A DNA stretch of 64,000 nucleotides from Candidatus Enteromonas sp. (GTDB lineage: Bacteria > Bacillota_I > Bacilli_A > RFN20 > CAG-826). The notes beneath the pieces are model-generated. The model worked only from the letters and a program-made list of their open reading frames with translations, was not told the DNA's origin and did not search any database. A program made the translations under genes and the position numbers. Numbering within the stretch: the stretch's first letter is position 1; every line of letters begins with the position of its first letter. The DNA lies in contig JAXFGC010000024.1 of assembly GCA_034171505.1 (NCBI GenBank), positions 7,114 through 71,113 of the forward strand, in the 5' to 3' direction. Below, one piece after another: positions 44,753-54,941 of this stretch.

Positions 44753-44819
44753 GTGCCGAAAAACTGTCGGAAAAATTTTTAGGAAATTTCTTTCGCCACA
44801 ATCGGCACTTTTTCTTTTT
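44753..44819 (+). terminator. putative terminator after the DUF951 gene
   Basis: GTGCCGA (44753-44759) pairs with TCGGCAC (44802-44808) around a large loop, followed by TTTTTCTTTTT. Confidence 0.35.
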
Positions 44820-44883
44820 CGATTCCAAAAACACTTCCAAAAACCGACTCCGTTCTTCCTATAAAAGAAGTAGGAGGGCGAAA

Positions 44884-46941
44884 ATGGATTATTTGTTGGA
44901 AGCACGAAATCTTGGAATGAAATTCGATGGGGAGAAGTACTTATTTCGTCACGTGAATTTTGCTTTTCCCGACAAAGGGATGTTCGCTCTTCTTGGGCCA
45001 AGCGGATCGGGGAAAAGTACCTTCATGCACCTTCTTTCCGGTCTGCTTCCTCCCAGTGAAGGAAAGGTGTTTTTCTGCGGCAAGGACATCAATAAAATGG
45101 CCATAAAAGAAAAGAGTTTCTTTCATGGGAAAATGGTTTCTTTCCTTTTTCAGCATTACGAACTCCTCGATGGTCATAGTGCGGTCGAGAATGTCGTCTT
45201 GCCTCTCCGGATGGCCGGAAGCAGGAAAAAAGAAGCGGACCAAAATGCGAACGAACTTCTCGCCAAACTCGGGTTAGGGGATAAAAGAAAGATAGACGTA
45301 TCCCTCCTTTCGGGTGGAGAGAGGCAACGGGTTGGTTTAGCTCGGGCCCTTGTGAGCAACCCAAAAATCCTCTTTTGCGATGAGCCGACGGGGGCCCTTG
45401 ATAGCGAGTCTGCCTCGCGAACCATGGAGATACTGAAAGAGGAATCCCAAAAGCGATTGGTCTTGCTTGTCTCCCATAACGTTGCCTTGGTGAAGGCCTA
45501 CGCCGATGCGGTCATCTCTGTGACGGGAGAAGAGATCATTCTTCCTGCGTTAAGCGAGCCGCCTCGGTTGACGATTCAGCCAAATGAAAAAGTAAGAATG
45601 AGCAAGCCTTGGAAATCATCTTTTCTCTTGGCCCATTTTAAGGAAGATTCTTGGAAAAACATATTGGGATTTGTTTCGGGGTATGTTGGTTTTTCGATGC
45701 TCCTTTTGTCGTTTGGGTTTTCCTATGGCTCGAAAGATGCTTTGATGGAATCCGCCGCCCAAAGTCCGGGGTATGGATACACTTCTTTGACCAAAAAGGA
45801 GAGGATGGAAATTCCAGGATCCAATCTGACTTTATCCAAAGAACGGATGCCATCTTTAGAAGAATCCGAGGCCCTCTTTGATCAAATCGGCGTCAGCATC
45901 GAACGGGATTATCGTTATTTCTTTCCTTCGGATTCCCCGTTTGGCGTAGAAGGAAAGAACTATCCATCTACGTCTTTGGAACCTGTCTATCAAAGTGACG
46001 GCCTTCGTCTTTCTTCTTTGTTGATTGAGGGTTCTCCGTTTGCATCCTCCTCCTTTTATTCCATCTATATCAATGATTCTTTATCCGAGGAATACGGTGT
46101 GGAATGCGGAGACATCATCACCCTTCCTTTGGAATTTACCTATGTCTATCGTGGTTTGACAGAGGAAGTATCGACGAATCTTTCTTTTGAAGTCGCGGGT
46201 ATCAGCAGGGATTTTGCCTTTATGGGAAGGCCGACAATCTATTATTCCTATCCCGGGCTCGTGGAAATGTTTCGAAATCTTCCTTTGCCCAAAATCCAAG
46301 AACGATACGGCGGAACGATGAACCTCCCATATTGTTTGGACCTTCAAGAAACGGAAGGAAATTACTTATCTACCCATCGCCTTGTGTTCGCTTTAGAGGG
46401 GGAGGCGGATTCCTTGCGGGAGATGGAACGGAGCGCGAAAGAGGAGTCGAGCGCCTTTTCCTTAACCTCCCCTTCTTTTGAAGCGGAGTATTCGTTTTTG
46501 CTTCTTTGCGAGGCTTTCGACAGTGCCTTATTGTTGTTTTCTTCCATTGCCGCGATATCCCTTGCTTTCCTCCTTGGGATGAGTGGGTATTCTTGTTTTT
46601 ATTCCCATAAAAGAGAAAGCGCGATTCTACGCGTCCTGGGGGCGAAGGAGGGGGACGTATGTTCGTTATTCATGGAAGAAACAATGTTCATTTCCTTTGC
46701 ATCCATGCTTGCGGCGTTATTGTCCTCGCCTTCATTGTCGCGTCTTTTGAATGGTGTTTTTCTCAAAGAGTTCGGCATCTCTTCTTTGATTCGCATCCCT
46801 TTTTCCTCTTTCCTTGGAATCCCTTACGGCCTTCCTTTGTTTGCGATTCTGATTGCTCTTCTGTTTGGTCTATTTTCCGTATGGTTTCCCTTACGAATCC
46901 ATAAGAACGCCCCATTGGCGAGTGAGGTACGCGATGAATAG
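44884..46941 (+). CDS. fused ABC transporter ATP-binding / FtsX-type permease protein (MacB-like)
   Basis: GPSGSGKST, LSGGERQRVGLARAL, ILFCDEPTGALD, then one TM helix, an extracytoplasmic domain of about 300 aa, and a C-terminal FtsX-like 3-TM bundle. AGGAGGG SD before ATG 44884. Confidence 0.85.
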   Translation: MDYLLEARNLGMKFDGEKYLFRHVNFAFPDKGMFALLGPSGSGKSTFMHLLSGLLPPSEGKVFFCGKDINKMAIKEKSFFHGKMVSFLFQHYELLDGHSAVENVVLPLRMAGSRKKEADQNANELLAKLGLGDKRKIDVSLLSGGERQRVGLARALVSNPKILFCDEPTGALDSESASRTMEILKEESQKRLVLLVSHNVALVKAYADAVISVTGEEIILPALSEPPRLTIQPNEKVRMSKPWKSSFLLAHFKEDSWKNILGFVSGYVGFSMLLLSFGFSYGSKDALMESAAQSPGYGYTSLTKKERMEIPGSNLTLSKERMPSLEESEALFDQIGVSIERDYRYFFPSDSPFGVEGKNYPSTSLEPVYQSDGLRLSSLLIEGSPFASSSFYSIYINDSLSEEYGVECGDIITLPLEFTYVYRGLTEEVSTNLSFEVAGISRDFAFMGRPTIYYSYPGLVEMFRNLPLPKIQERYGGTMNLPYCLDLQETEGNYLSTHRLVFALEGEADSLREMERSAKEESSAFSLTSPSFEAEYSFLLLCEAFDSALLLFSSIAAISLAFLLGMSGYSCFYSHKRESAILRVLGAKEGDVCSLFMEETMFISFASMLAALLSSPSLSRLLNGVFLKEFGISSLIRIPFSSFLGIPYGLPLFAILIALLFGLFSVWFPLRIHKNAPLASEVRDE

Positions 46942-49726
46942 CATGGTTTCTTTATTACACATCTCCCGTTCCTTCCAAGGCGAAGAGGTGCTTCACGACA
47001 TTACCCTTCGCTTCCCCAAGTCGGGATTCGTGGGAATCGTTGGGCCCTCGGGGTGCGGCAAAAGCACCCTTCTTTCGGTTATTGCGGGGATTGATGAGGG
47101 GTATCGAGGAAGCGTTATTATCAACGACCAAGAGGTAAGTAAGAAAACAAGCGAGGAGAAAGCCGCTTTTCGTTTAGAAAACATCGGGATGATATTCCAA
47201 AAAGGCGAATTGCTCGAATTTGAAACCGCGCTTCAAAACGTGATGTTTCCTCTTTCCATGCTTTCCAAAGAATCCAAAGCCACCCAAAAGGAAAAGGCCT
47301 TATCGATGCTTTATTCCGTTCACCTCGAGAACAAAGCCAAACGAAAGGTGAAGAAGATGTCCGGAGGAGAACGTCAACGGGTGGGCATCGCCCGAGCTCT
47401 CGTCACCTCGCCTGCCATCATTCTCGCGGATGAGCCCACAAGCGCCCTCGATGAATCGAATTCGCTTCTGGTCATGGACCTCCTTTTGGAACTTAGCAAA
47501 GGGCGTCTCGTGATCATGGTTTCGCACGATGAAACCCTTCTAAAGAAGTATGTCGATCGCTTGATTCGCCTGGAGGATGGAAAGGTGATTTCCGATATAT
47601 GCACCCCTCAAATCAAGTCTAGAACGCGTTACATCACCCCGATTGATAGCCGAAAGGAGAGCCCTTCGATGTCTTGGGTTTCGCGCTTTTCCCATGCCTC
47701 CCGAAGAAGAAAATCCAAAAGGTTTCGAACCTTCGTTTCGGAGGCAGCCTTATCTCTTGGGCTGCTCGGCCTAGGGTTATCCGTCTACGTCTCCTCTTCC
47801 ATCGGCAAGCAGATTTCTGAAGTGTTTTCCTCTATCGTTCCTTCCAACTTGCTTGTGATGGAGAAGAAAACGAAGGATACCATATATTCCGAACTTGCCT
47901 ATGGAACCCAAGAAGAAGCGGAAACCCTTCTTTCCGCCTTCCCTGAGGACATCTCTTGGAGTGGGAAGACTTACTTATATGACTTTGAATCGGCTTTCCC
48001 CGATGATAACCAGTTTTCCTATACCTACGGCATCTCCACCGAAATCCTTTCGGGGTTTTCGAGCCGAAACATCAATGACTTCCTAAACTGTGAAGGCTTG
48101 CGAACTTATCCCGAGACTCTCCCAACCCTCGCGTTTGACGATTTGGTGTTAGGGCTTCCGTATGAAACGATGGCTCAACTTTGTGCGAAGTTTGGGCTCT
48201 TAAGAGGTTACGAATTCCTCGGGGATTATTGTTCCCAAGGACGGTTTCGCACCACTCTTACGATATCCAATTTGTCCTGGAATCTTTCGGAGTCGATGAC
48301 CTTCTATGTTCAAGGGGTTCTTCCCTCGACCTTTCCTTTGATTTACCACACCGATCCGAGCTGGAATCAAAAAATCCTCGAAGGGTATTTCAACATCATT
48401 GATGTTGGAGACGGCATCCCTTTATCGCCCCAGGAAGCATCCTCGATTCCATTTGTGGAATTGCGTTCTTCCCCGAGTCGATTTTTCAAGAAATGCCGAG
48501 CTAGGAAAGGGCTAGAAAAGATTGCCTTTGATTCGGTTAATTCGACATACGCCCCCTCTATTTGCCCATATGGAGCATCCGTTTCCTTACCTCGCCTCTA
48601 CCTTCTTCGAATGCCAAGCCGCGGGTTATCTTTCGAGGAACTCGACTTTGCGATGAAGGAGGAAAAAGAACTGCTTGGGCGGTTGCCAAGCAATCAGAAT
48701 TTCTATTACGCCTCCACCGATTCTTCTTTGACGGGGTTCCGCAATCGCTTCTTTTTGGCCAAGGACTCCGCTTCCGCGGAAGAAGTGGAAAGAGGCTATT
48801 CGGATTTGCCTTTAGAGTCCGCGAATCTTTTGGGAACCCTGCCGGAAGGATGCGTGGAGGGGAGCCTTATTGCCTCGGGCACTTCCCAACTCCGAGTCTC
48901 CGCGGACTTAACCGGCATCAACGGTCAAATTCCTTCGAACGTGAACGAAGTTGTCCTCTCTTCCTCCTTGATGGAGAAGTGGAATTCGCCCGAAAAAGTA
49001 AACGTTGTTATGGAAACTTCGCAAGAAACCGTAGGGAGCAATCTTTCGCGGACGTTTGAACGTCGGGAACTCCTCGTCGTGGGAAACAAAAAGGAGGCGC
49101 ATGATACGATCTTTGTTCCAAACGACTGGACCATGGATTTCTTTTTGGACGAGCTGGGGGTGAGTCCCCTCTACCTTGAACCGACGGGCTGCGCTTTCTT
49201 CTTCGATGAAGGGGCGAACGGCAACTCCATCCAGACGCGCCTTTCTTCCCTTCTTCCCGGGGTGTCCTTTTCCTGCCCATCTCAAGAAGTGATGGAATCG
49301 CTGAACGAGACAACTTCCTATTTAAGCGTGGTTTTGCTGTTTTTTTCCGCGGTTGCTTTCGTTAGCAGTGTTCTACTTTTTGCCCTAGTTATCTCGCTTT
49401 CCATCGCCGAAGGATTCGGAGAAGCAAAGACTTTGTTCGCGATTGGAGTCGGCAAAAAGGAGATTGCGCAACTCTATTCTTCGAGTGCGATTCTCTATTG
49501 TGGATCCGCTTTTTTCGGGGCGTCGTTATCCATTTTGGCTTCCGAAATCTTCGTGAGCATCTTCCTTTCGCTGTCTTTTGGGGCCCCATTATCGGTCCGA
49601 ATTTCCCTTTCTCCGCTCTTGTGGATGGTGGGGGTTGGAGCCCTTTTGACCCTGATCGCCGTTTTCATCTCCACCCATATTTTGAAGGGAAAGGACCTTG
49701 GTTCTCGGGCGTTACGTTATTCTTAA
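46934..49726 (+). CDS. fused ABC transporter ATP-binding / FtsX-type permease protein with a very large extracytoplasmic domain (930 aa)
   Basis: GPSGCGKST, MSGGERQRVGIARAL, IILADEPTSALD. TM helix near residue 300, roughly 550-aa unrecognised domain, C-terminal FtsX-like TMs. ATGAATAG overlap with the previous gene. Confidence 0.85.
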   Translation: MNSMVSLLHISRSFQGEEVLHDITLRFPKSGFVGIVGPSGCGKSTLLSVIAGIDEGYRGSVIINDQEVSKKTSEEKAAFRLENIGMIFQKGELLEFETALQNVMFPLSMLSKESKATQKEKALSMLYSVHLENKAKRKVKKMSGGERQRVGIARALVTSPAIILADEPTSALDESNSLLVMDLLLELSKGRLVIMVSHDETLLKKYVDRLIRLEDGKVISDICTPQIKSRTRYITPIDSRKESPSMSWVSRFSHASRRRKSKRFRTFVSEAALSLGLLGLGLSVYVSSSIGKQISEVFSSIVPSNLLVMEKKTKDTIYSELAYGTQEEAETLLSAFPEDISWSGKTYLYDFESAFPDDNQFSYTYGISTEILSGFSSRNINDFLNCEGLRTYPETLPTLAFDDLVLGLPYETMAQLCAKFGLLRGYEFLGDYCSQGRFRTTLTISNLSWNLSESMTFYVQGVLPSTFPLIYHTDPSWNQKILEGYFNIIDVGDGIPLSPQEASSIPFVELRSSPSRFFKKCRARKGLEKIAFDSVNSTYAPSICPYGASVSLPRLYLLRMPSRGLSFEELDFAMKEEKELLGRLPSNQNFYYASTDSSLTGFRNRFFLAKDSASAEEVERGYSDLPLESANLLGTLPEGCVEGSLIASGTSQLRVSADLTGINGQIPSNVNEVVLSSSLMEKWNSPEKVNVVMETSQETVGSNLSRTFERRELLVVGNKKEAHDTIFVPNDWTMDFFLDELGVSPLYLEPTGCAFFFDEGANGNSIQTRLSSLLPGVSFSCPSQEVMESLNETTSYLSVVLLFFSAVAFVSSVLLFALVISLSIAEGFGEAKTLFAIGVGKKEIAQLYSSSAILYCGSAFFGASLSILASEIFVSIFLSLSFGAPLSVRISLSPLLWMVGVGALLTLIAVFISTHILKGKDLGSRALRYS

Positions 49727-49870
49727 GGGTAAAAAAACAATGAAAAATTATGAAAATGTAAGATATTGTATGCGTTTTTTCTCGGTTTTTATGGTCAATC
49801 AAAAGCCAAGGTAATATACTTTTTATCGGTAAAGTTTCGTAAGAAATATGCCAGGAAGGTTAGGAGTCTC

Positions 49871-50068
49871 ATGAAGGGAACAGTGAAAATGTTCAACAAA
49901 GAGAAGGGTTATGGCTTCATCCATGCGGAAGACGGCCGTGACTATTTCTTCCACTATTCCGCTTTGTTGATGGACGAGTACAAGACCGCCGAAAAAGGCG
50001 AAGCCGTTGAATTCGACATCACGGAATCGGATCGTGGGCCGCGTGCTGCGAACGTTAAGAAGATCTAA
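49871..50068 (+). CDS. cold-shock protein (CspA family)
   Basis: MKGTVKMFNKEKGYGFI (RNP1) and FFHYS (RNP2-like). TAGGAG SD. 65 aa. Confidence 0.9.
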   Translation: MKGTVKMFNKEKGYGFIHAEDGRDYFFHYSALLMDEYKTAEKGEAVEFDITESDRGPRAANVKKI

Positions 50069-50081
50069 GTGATTAGCTTCT

Positions 50082-50110
50082 AACCCTGCCGGCAAGGTAG
50101 GGTTTTTTCT
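50082..50110 (+). terminator. intrinsic terminator of csp
   Basis: AACCCTGCC-GGCAA-GGTAGGGTT stem followed by TTTTTT. Confidence 0.65.
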
Positions 50111-50184
50111 TTCTTTTGAAAAAAGACTATCTTCTTAATGAAGATACGTATACAATCTTTGCGCGACCAAGGAGTTTGCCTCGT

Positions 50185-51294
50185 ATGCCATTAAAAGCCG
50201 GAATCGTTGGACTACCAAACGTTGGCAAGTCCACCTTATTCAACGCCATTACCAATTCCCACGTCGAAGCGGCCAATTACCCCTTCGCGACCATTAAACC
50301 GAATACGGGTGTGGTCATCGTCCCCGATAAGCGTCTCGATGAACTCACCGAAATGTTCCATCCGGAACGGAAAATCAATGCCACTTTCGAGTTCTACGAT
50401 ATCGCGGGGCTCGTCAAAGGGGCCTCCCAAGGCGAAGGCCTCGGCAACCAATTCCTCGCGGCGATTCGGGAATGCGACGCCATCTGCGAAGTCGTACGTT
50501 GCTTCGAATCGAGCGAAATCATCCACGTCGATTCCACCGTGGATCCCGCTCGCGACATCGAGACCATCGATTTGGAACTCGCGATGGCGGACTTGGAAAC
50601 CGTCAACAAAATCATGGGCCGTCAAAGCATCAAGGCTCGCGTCGCGAAAGACAAAACCGCGATTTATGAAATGGCGATCCTCGAACCCATCCAAAAAGCC
50701 TTAAGCGATGGCCTACCTGCCCGTTCGGTCCGTTCCTTAAGCGCCGATCAAATCGCTTACGCTCGAAAGAATTTCTTCCTGCTGACGTTGAAGCCGATCA
50801 TTTACGTCGCCAACGTCGCCCCGGAAGATTATTCGAACATCGATTCCTGCGTTTACTATCGGACGGTCAAGAAAATCGCCGAGGATCAAGGGGCCCAATG
50901 CATCCCGGTCTCCTGCCAAATCGAATACGAAATCTCCCAACTTGGACCCGAGGACCGCGAAATCTTCCTCTCGGACCTTGGCACCGAAGAGTCCGGCCTT
51001 GATAAACTCGTTCAAGCCGCTTACAAACTCTTGAACCTCTCCACCTTCTTCACCTGCGGTACCGATGAATGCCGCGCCTGGACCTTCCACAATGGCATGA
51101 CTGCCCCGGAATGCGCAGGGGTCATCCACACGGATTTCCAAAAAGGCTTCATTAAAGCGGAGGTTTATGATTTCGATGCCCTCCACACCTATGGCTCGGA
51201 AACCGCGGTCAAAGAAGCGGGCAAACTCCGCCAAGAAGGGAAGGATTACATTATGAAGGACGGGGACATCGTGTTCTTCCGGTTCAACGTATGA
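50185..51294 (+). CDS. ychF: redox-regulated ATPase YchF
   Basis: [34 protein letters not shown]-terminal TGS-like domain. AAGGAG SD. Start is M24 of the listed ORF. Confidence 0.9.
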   Translation: MPLKAGIVGLPNVGKSTLFNAITNSHVEAANYPFATIKPNTGVVIVPDKRLDELTEMFHPERKINATFEFYDIAGLVKGASQGEGLGNQFLAAIRECDAICEVVRCFESSEIIHVDSTVDPARDIETIDLELAMADLETVNKIMGRQSIKARVAKDKTAIYEMAILEPIQKALSDGLPARSVRSLSADQIAYARKNFFLLTLKPIIYVANVAPEDYSNIDSCVYYRTVKKIAEDQGAQCIPVSCQIEYEISQLGPEDREIFLSDLGTEESGLDKLVQAAYKLLNLSTFFTCGTDECRAWTFHNGMTAPECAGVIHTDFQKGFIKAEVYDFDALHTYGSETAVKEAGKLRQEGKDYIMKDGDIVFFRFNV

Positions 51295-51782
51295 GCAAAC
51301 CCTTCCGCATCGGATACGGGGAAGACATCCATCGTCTTGGCCCCAACCGCAAACTCATCCTCGCCGGGGTTGAAATCCCTTATGAACTCGGTTTGATTGG
51401 GCATAGCGACGCCGACGTGGTCTTCCACGCGGTCTCGGATGCCTTGTTGGGGGCATTGTCCCTAGGAGACATTGGGAAATACTTCCCTCCAAATGATCCG
51501 AGATTCGATGATTACGATTCCTCCCTCATTCTTCGCGATTGCTACGCGATGGTCACACAGAAGGGATATCGCCTGGGGAACCTCGACGTCGCAATTCTCT
51601 GCGAAAAACCCCATTTATCCGCCTATGCGCCCCAAATGCGCAGCAACCTCGCGCGCTTGCTCTCCGTTCCCGAAGAGGACATCGGCCTTCAACTCATGAC
51701 CAACGAAGGACTCGATGACATCGGGGAGGGCAAAGCCATCCGCGCCACCACTGTCTTATTGCTAGAAAGGAACGAACAATGA
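51291..51782 (+). CDS. ispF: 2-C-methyl-D-erythritol 2,4-cyclodiphosphate synthase
   Basis: RIGYGEDIHRL, GHSDADVVFHA..DALLGA..LGDIG. ATGA overlaps at both ends. Confidence 0.9.
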   Translation: MSKPFRIGYGEDIHRLGPNRKLILAGVEIPYELGLIGHSDADVVFHAVSDALLGALSLGDIGKYFPPNDPRFDDYDSSLILRDCYAMVTQKGYRLGNLDVAILCEKPHLSAYAPQMRSNLARLLSVPEEDIGLQLMTNEGLDDIGEGKAIRATTVLLLERNEQ

Positions 51783-53404
51783 CCAACGAAGAGCTTCTTA
51801 GGGAAACGTTGCGCCTCGCTTGCGGGGCCATCGGCCTTTCCGTTGACCCAAGCCAAATCGTCATCGAACATTCGCGGGATGCCGCGCACGGAGATTATTC
51901 CACCAACGCCGCCATGCGTTTCTCTCGTCTTGCAGGCAAAAAACCCCTCGATTTAGCCAAAGATCTTGTCGCCGCCCTTTCTTCCCCCATGGTGGAAAAA
52001 GTCGAAATCGCAGGTCCGGGATTCATCAATTTCTTCCTCAAGAAAGACGCCCTCCAAGGAGTGGTGGAACGCATCATTTCCCAAGGCGATGATTATGGTC
52101 GCAGTCCCAAGAAAGGCGTGAAAATCAACGTCGAATACGTTTCTGCGAATCCCACTGGGGACCTTCACCTGGGCCATACCCGCTGCGCCGCCATTGGGGA
52201 TTCGATCGCTTCGTTGCTCGATTTCGCCGGTTACGACGTGACCCGCGAATATTACGTCAATGACTGTGGCAATCAAGTCGAACACCTCGGCCATTCCCTC
52301 CGCATCCGTTACCTCGAACTCCTCGGAGTGGAAGGGGCGGAACTCGACGAAGATGATTACCACGGCCAAGACCTCATCGCGATCGCCCAACAAATCAAAG
52401 ACCAATACGGCGATCGCTACTTGGAAGACAATCAAGAATCCCACGATTTCTTCATCCGTTTTGGAATTGACGCCGAACTCGCGAAAATCCAAAAGGACCT
52501 CGATGCCTTCCGCGTTCACTTTGACAAAGTGACCTACGAATCCGATATCCGGAAAGACGGCAAGATCGAAAAGACCCTTGAGTTCCTCAAACCCTATCTT
52601 TACGAAAACGAAGGGGCCACCTATTTAGCGACCTCTCGCTTCCTCGACGATAAGGACCGTCCCGTCATCAAAGCGGATGGGTGTTATACCTACTTCATGC
52701 CGGACATCGTTTACCATTACGATAAGATGTCCCGTGGGTTTGACCACCTCATCGACGTCTTGGGCGCGGACCATCACGGTTACATTGCCCGCATGAAAAG
52801 CGCCCTCATGATGAAAGGCTACCCCGAAGACGTCCTCTCCGCGGAATTCGTCCAAGTCGTCCGCGTTTTCCGGGATGGGGAAGAAGTCCGCATGTCCAAA
52901 CGTACCGGAAAAGCCATCGCCCACCGCGACCTCGTGGAAGACGTTGGGGTGGATGCCGTCCGTTATTTCTTCTCCGAACGTTCCCAGTCCTCGCACTTGG
53001 ATTTCAATTACAACCTCGCGACGGAACGTTCCTCCAATAACCCGGTCTATTATGCCCAATACGCCCACGCCCGCTGCGCCAGCGTTCTCTCCCTTGGGCA
53101 AGACATCGAAATCGATCCTTCGGGCAAGAATTTGAAAGAAGAAACGGAAATGAGCTTGCTTCGTTTGCTCGCCGATTTCCCAGGGGTTGTCTCTTCCGCC
53201 GCGGAAGAACGCGCCCCCTACAAAATCGCCGCTTACATCCAAAAACTCGCCTCCTCGGTTCATTCCTTCTACACGAACTGCCGTATCATCGACCGGGAGG
53301 ATCTCCCGACCACCTCTTCCCGCCTCGCTCTTGCGAAGGCCAGCAAAATCGTTTTGAAGAACGCGCTTGCAATTCTCGGGGTTTCTTCGCCCGACAAGAT
53401 GTGA
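51779..53404 (+). CDS. argS: arginine--tRNA ligase
   Basis: SANPTGDLHLGHTR (HIGH), MSKRTGK (KMSKS), C-terminal DALR anticodon-binding domain. Confidence 0.95.
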   Translation: MTNEELLRETLRLACGAIGLSVDPSQIVIEHSRDAAHGDYSTNAAMRFSRLAGKKPLDLAKDLVAALSSPMVEKVEIAGPGFINFFLKKDALQGVVERIISQGDDYGRSPKKGVKINVEYVSANPTGDLHLGHTRCAAIGDSIASLLDFAGYDVTREYYVNDCGNQVEHLGHSLRIRYLELLGVEGAELDEDDYHGQDLIAIAQQIKDQYGDRYLEDNQESHDFFIRFGIDAELAKIQKDLDAFRVHFDKVTYESDIRKDGKIEKTLEFLKPYLYENEGATYLATSRFLDDKDRPVIKADGCYTYFMPDIVYHYDKMSRGFDHLIDVLGADHHGYIARMKSALMMKGYPEDVLSAEFVQVVRVFRDGEEVRMSKRTGKAIAHRDLVEDVGVDAVRYFFSERSQSSHLDFNYNLATERSSNNPVYYAQYAHARCASVLSLGQDIEIDPSGKNLKEETEMSLLRLLADFPGVVSSAAEERAPYKIAAYIQKLASSVHSFYTNCRIIDREDLPTTSSRLALAKASKIVLKNALAILGVSSPDKM

Positions 53405-53448
53405 TATAAAACTACCGCAATTTCTTTATTAAGAAAGGACTACTTACC

Positions 53449-53877
53449 ATGAACATGAGCAAAGGCAGCATGATCGAAATCGCGATCAAGATGTTAACCG
53501 AATCCGATGGACCTCTCTCCTTCCAAACCCTTTGGGAAGGCGTTAAGGCCGCTTTGGACATCCCTCCGGAAGAAGAAGGACGCCGCATCGGTCACTTCTA
53601 CACCGACCTCTCCTTAAGTGGAGTCACCACCGTTTTGAAGGACAACTACTGGGACCTCGCCGAACGTCAACCGATGTCCAATAAGGTTGATATGACCGAC
53701 GTCTATTCCGACGTCAACCAAACTTCTGGCGATGCCGATGACGCCAAGGACGATGAGGAATACGACCTCGCCATCATGGGCGATCTCCACGCCGGAGACG
53801 TTGATTTGGATGGCGACGAAGAAAGCGGGGAAGTTTCCCACGGAGAAGACGGCGTCGACTATTTGAGTGGCCGTTAA
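53449..53877 (+). CDS. rpoE: RNA polymerase delta subunit
   Basis: N-terminal HARE-HTH-like domain (MIEIAIKML...F..L...V) and a strongly acidic C-terminal tail. Confidence 0.8.
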   Translation: MNMSKGSMIEIAIKMLTESDGPLSFQTLWEGVKAALDIPPEEEGRRIGHFYTDLSLSGVTTVLKDNYWDLAERQPMSNKVDMTDVYSDVNQTSGDADDAKDDEEYDLAIMGDLHAGDVDLDGDEESGEVSHGEDGVDYLSGR

Positions 53878-53896
53878 TCAACTTTTCATCGCATTT

Positions 53897-53918
53897 TGGG
53901 CCTTCGGGCCCATTTTTC
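53897..53918 (+). terminator. intrinsic terminator of rpoE
   Basis: TGGGCC-TTCG-GGCCCA stem followed by TTTTT. Confidence 0.6.
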
Positions 53919-53975
53919 GTTGGAAAGGAAAACATTTGAATTTTTCTTTTTGGGGAGTATTCTATAAGGCTTCCC

Positions 53976-54941
53976 ATGAGCCCATCCGAAGAAGTCATTT
54001 CCCTTATCACCTCCGCGAAAACGATCGTGATTGGAGGTCACAATTACCCCGACGGGGATTGTTTTGGGGCGCAGATTGCCTTGCGTGAGTCCTTGCGTTT
54101 GGCTTTCCCGGACAAAAAGGTTTATGCGGTGGGTTCGGGCATGCCGAGCTTAGGGAAAATCCTTGGCTCGGTCGACAGGGTCGAAGACGATGTCTTTGAC
54201 GATGCTCTTGGAATCTTGGTCGACGTCTCTTGCGTCCCGCGGCTGGAAGATCAACGGATGGCAAGGTGTGCAAACTTCATCAAAATCGACCATCATGAAC
54301 CCAATCCCGAGGGAGAGGGATTTCCATATCTTACCATCGTGGATTCGAGCCGCATCTCCGCCTGCGAAATCCTCTTTGATTTTTTGGAAGAGCACCATCT
54401 TCCCATCAATTCCGTAATTGCGTCTGCCCTCTACACGGGCATCCTCACGGATTCGGGACGATTTGTTTACCATGGGGTCACCCCCAAAACGATGGAAATC
54501 GTCGGGAAGCTTTTCCGTTATGGCATTCCCGCGAAAGAAATCATCGAGATTTGTTATTATGAAACCCCTAACGAAAAGGCTTTTAAGAAATGGATGAGGG
54601 ACAACGCCGTTTTGGATGGGCAAGTGTGTTACCTTTGGGCTTGTCCAGAAGACTATCACCGATTCGATTTGACCTTTGAAGTCGCCTCGTCGTTTGTCAA
54701 CGCCCTCGCGGGAAAATTCTCCGCGAACATCTTTGTCTATTTCTGTGTCCGAGAGGATTCTTGGACCCGCATTGAATACCGTTCCAACCGTTGCTACCCC
54801 GTATGTCTGGTGGCGAAAGCCTTTGGAGGCGGGGGACATCGTTATGCTTCCGGAGGAGAAATCGTCGACGGGAAGCCCTCTTTCCGTGATATTATTAGGG
54901 CGTTAAACGAACTTCCGGGAGATAACGATGTACGAGCGTGA
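53976..54941 (+). CDS. nrnA: DHH/DHHA1 phosphoesterase, NrnA-like (oligoribonuclease / pAp phosphatase)
   Basis: GHNYPDGDCFGA (DHH motifs I-II), IDHH, C-terminal GGGGHRYASGG (DHHA1). Confidence 0.8.
   Translation: MSPSEEVISLITSAKTIVIGGHNYPDGDCFGAQIALRESLRLAFPDKKVYAVGSGMPSLGKILGSVDRVEDDVFDDALGILVDVSCVPRLEDQRMARCANFIKIDHHEPNPEGEGFPYLTIVDSSRISACEILFDFLEEHHLPINSVIASALYTGILTDSGRFVYHGVTPKTMEIVGKLFRYGIPAKEIIEICYYETPNEKAFKKWMRDNAVLDGQVCYLWACPEDYHRFDLTFEVASSFVNALAGKFSANIFVYFCVREDSWTRIEYRSNRCYPVCLVAKAFGGGGHRYASGGEIVDGKPSFRDIIRALNELPGDNDVRA

Noticed and set aside
49727-49870. A possible riboswitch or T-box in the leaders of csp, argS, fhs and ychF.
   Set aside because: argS, fhs and ispF are translationally coupled to upstream genes and have no leader. 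The csp and ychF leaders show no conserved riboswitch or T-box core strings that I can recognise (no specifier loop or T-box sequence AGGGTGGNACCGCG).
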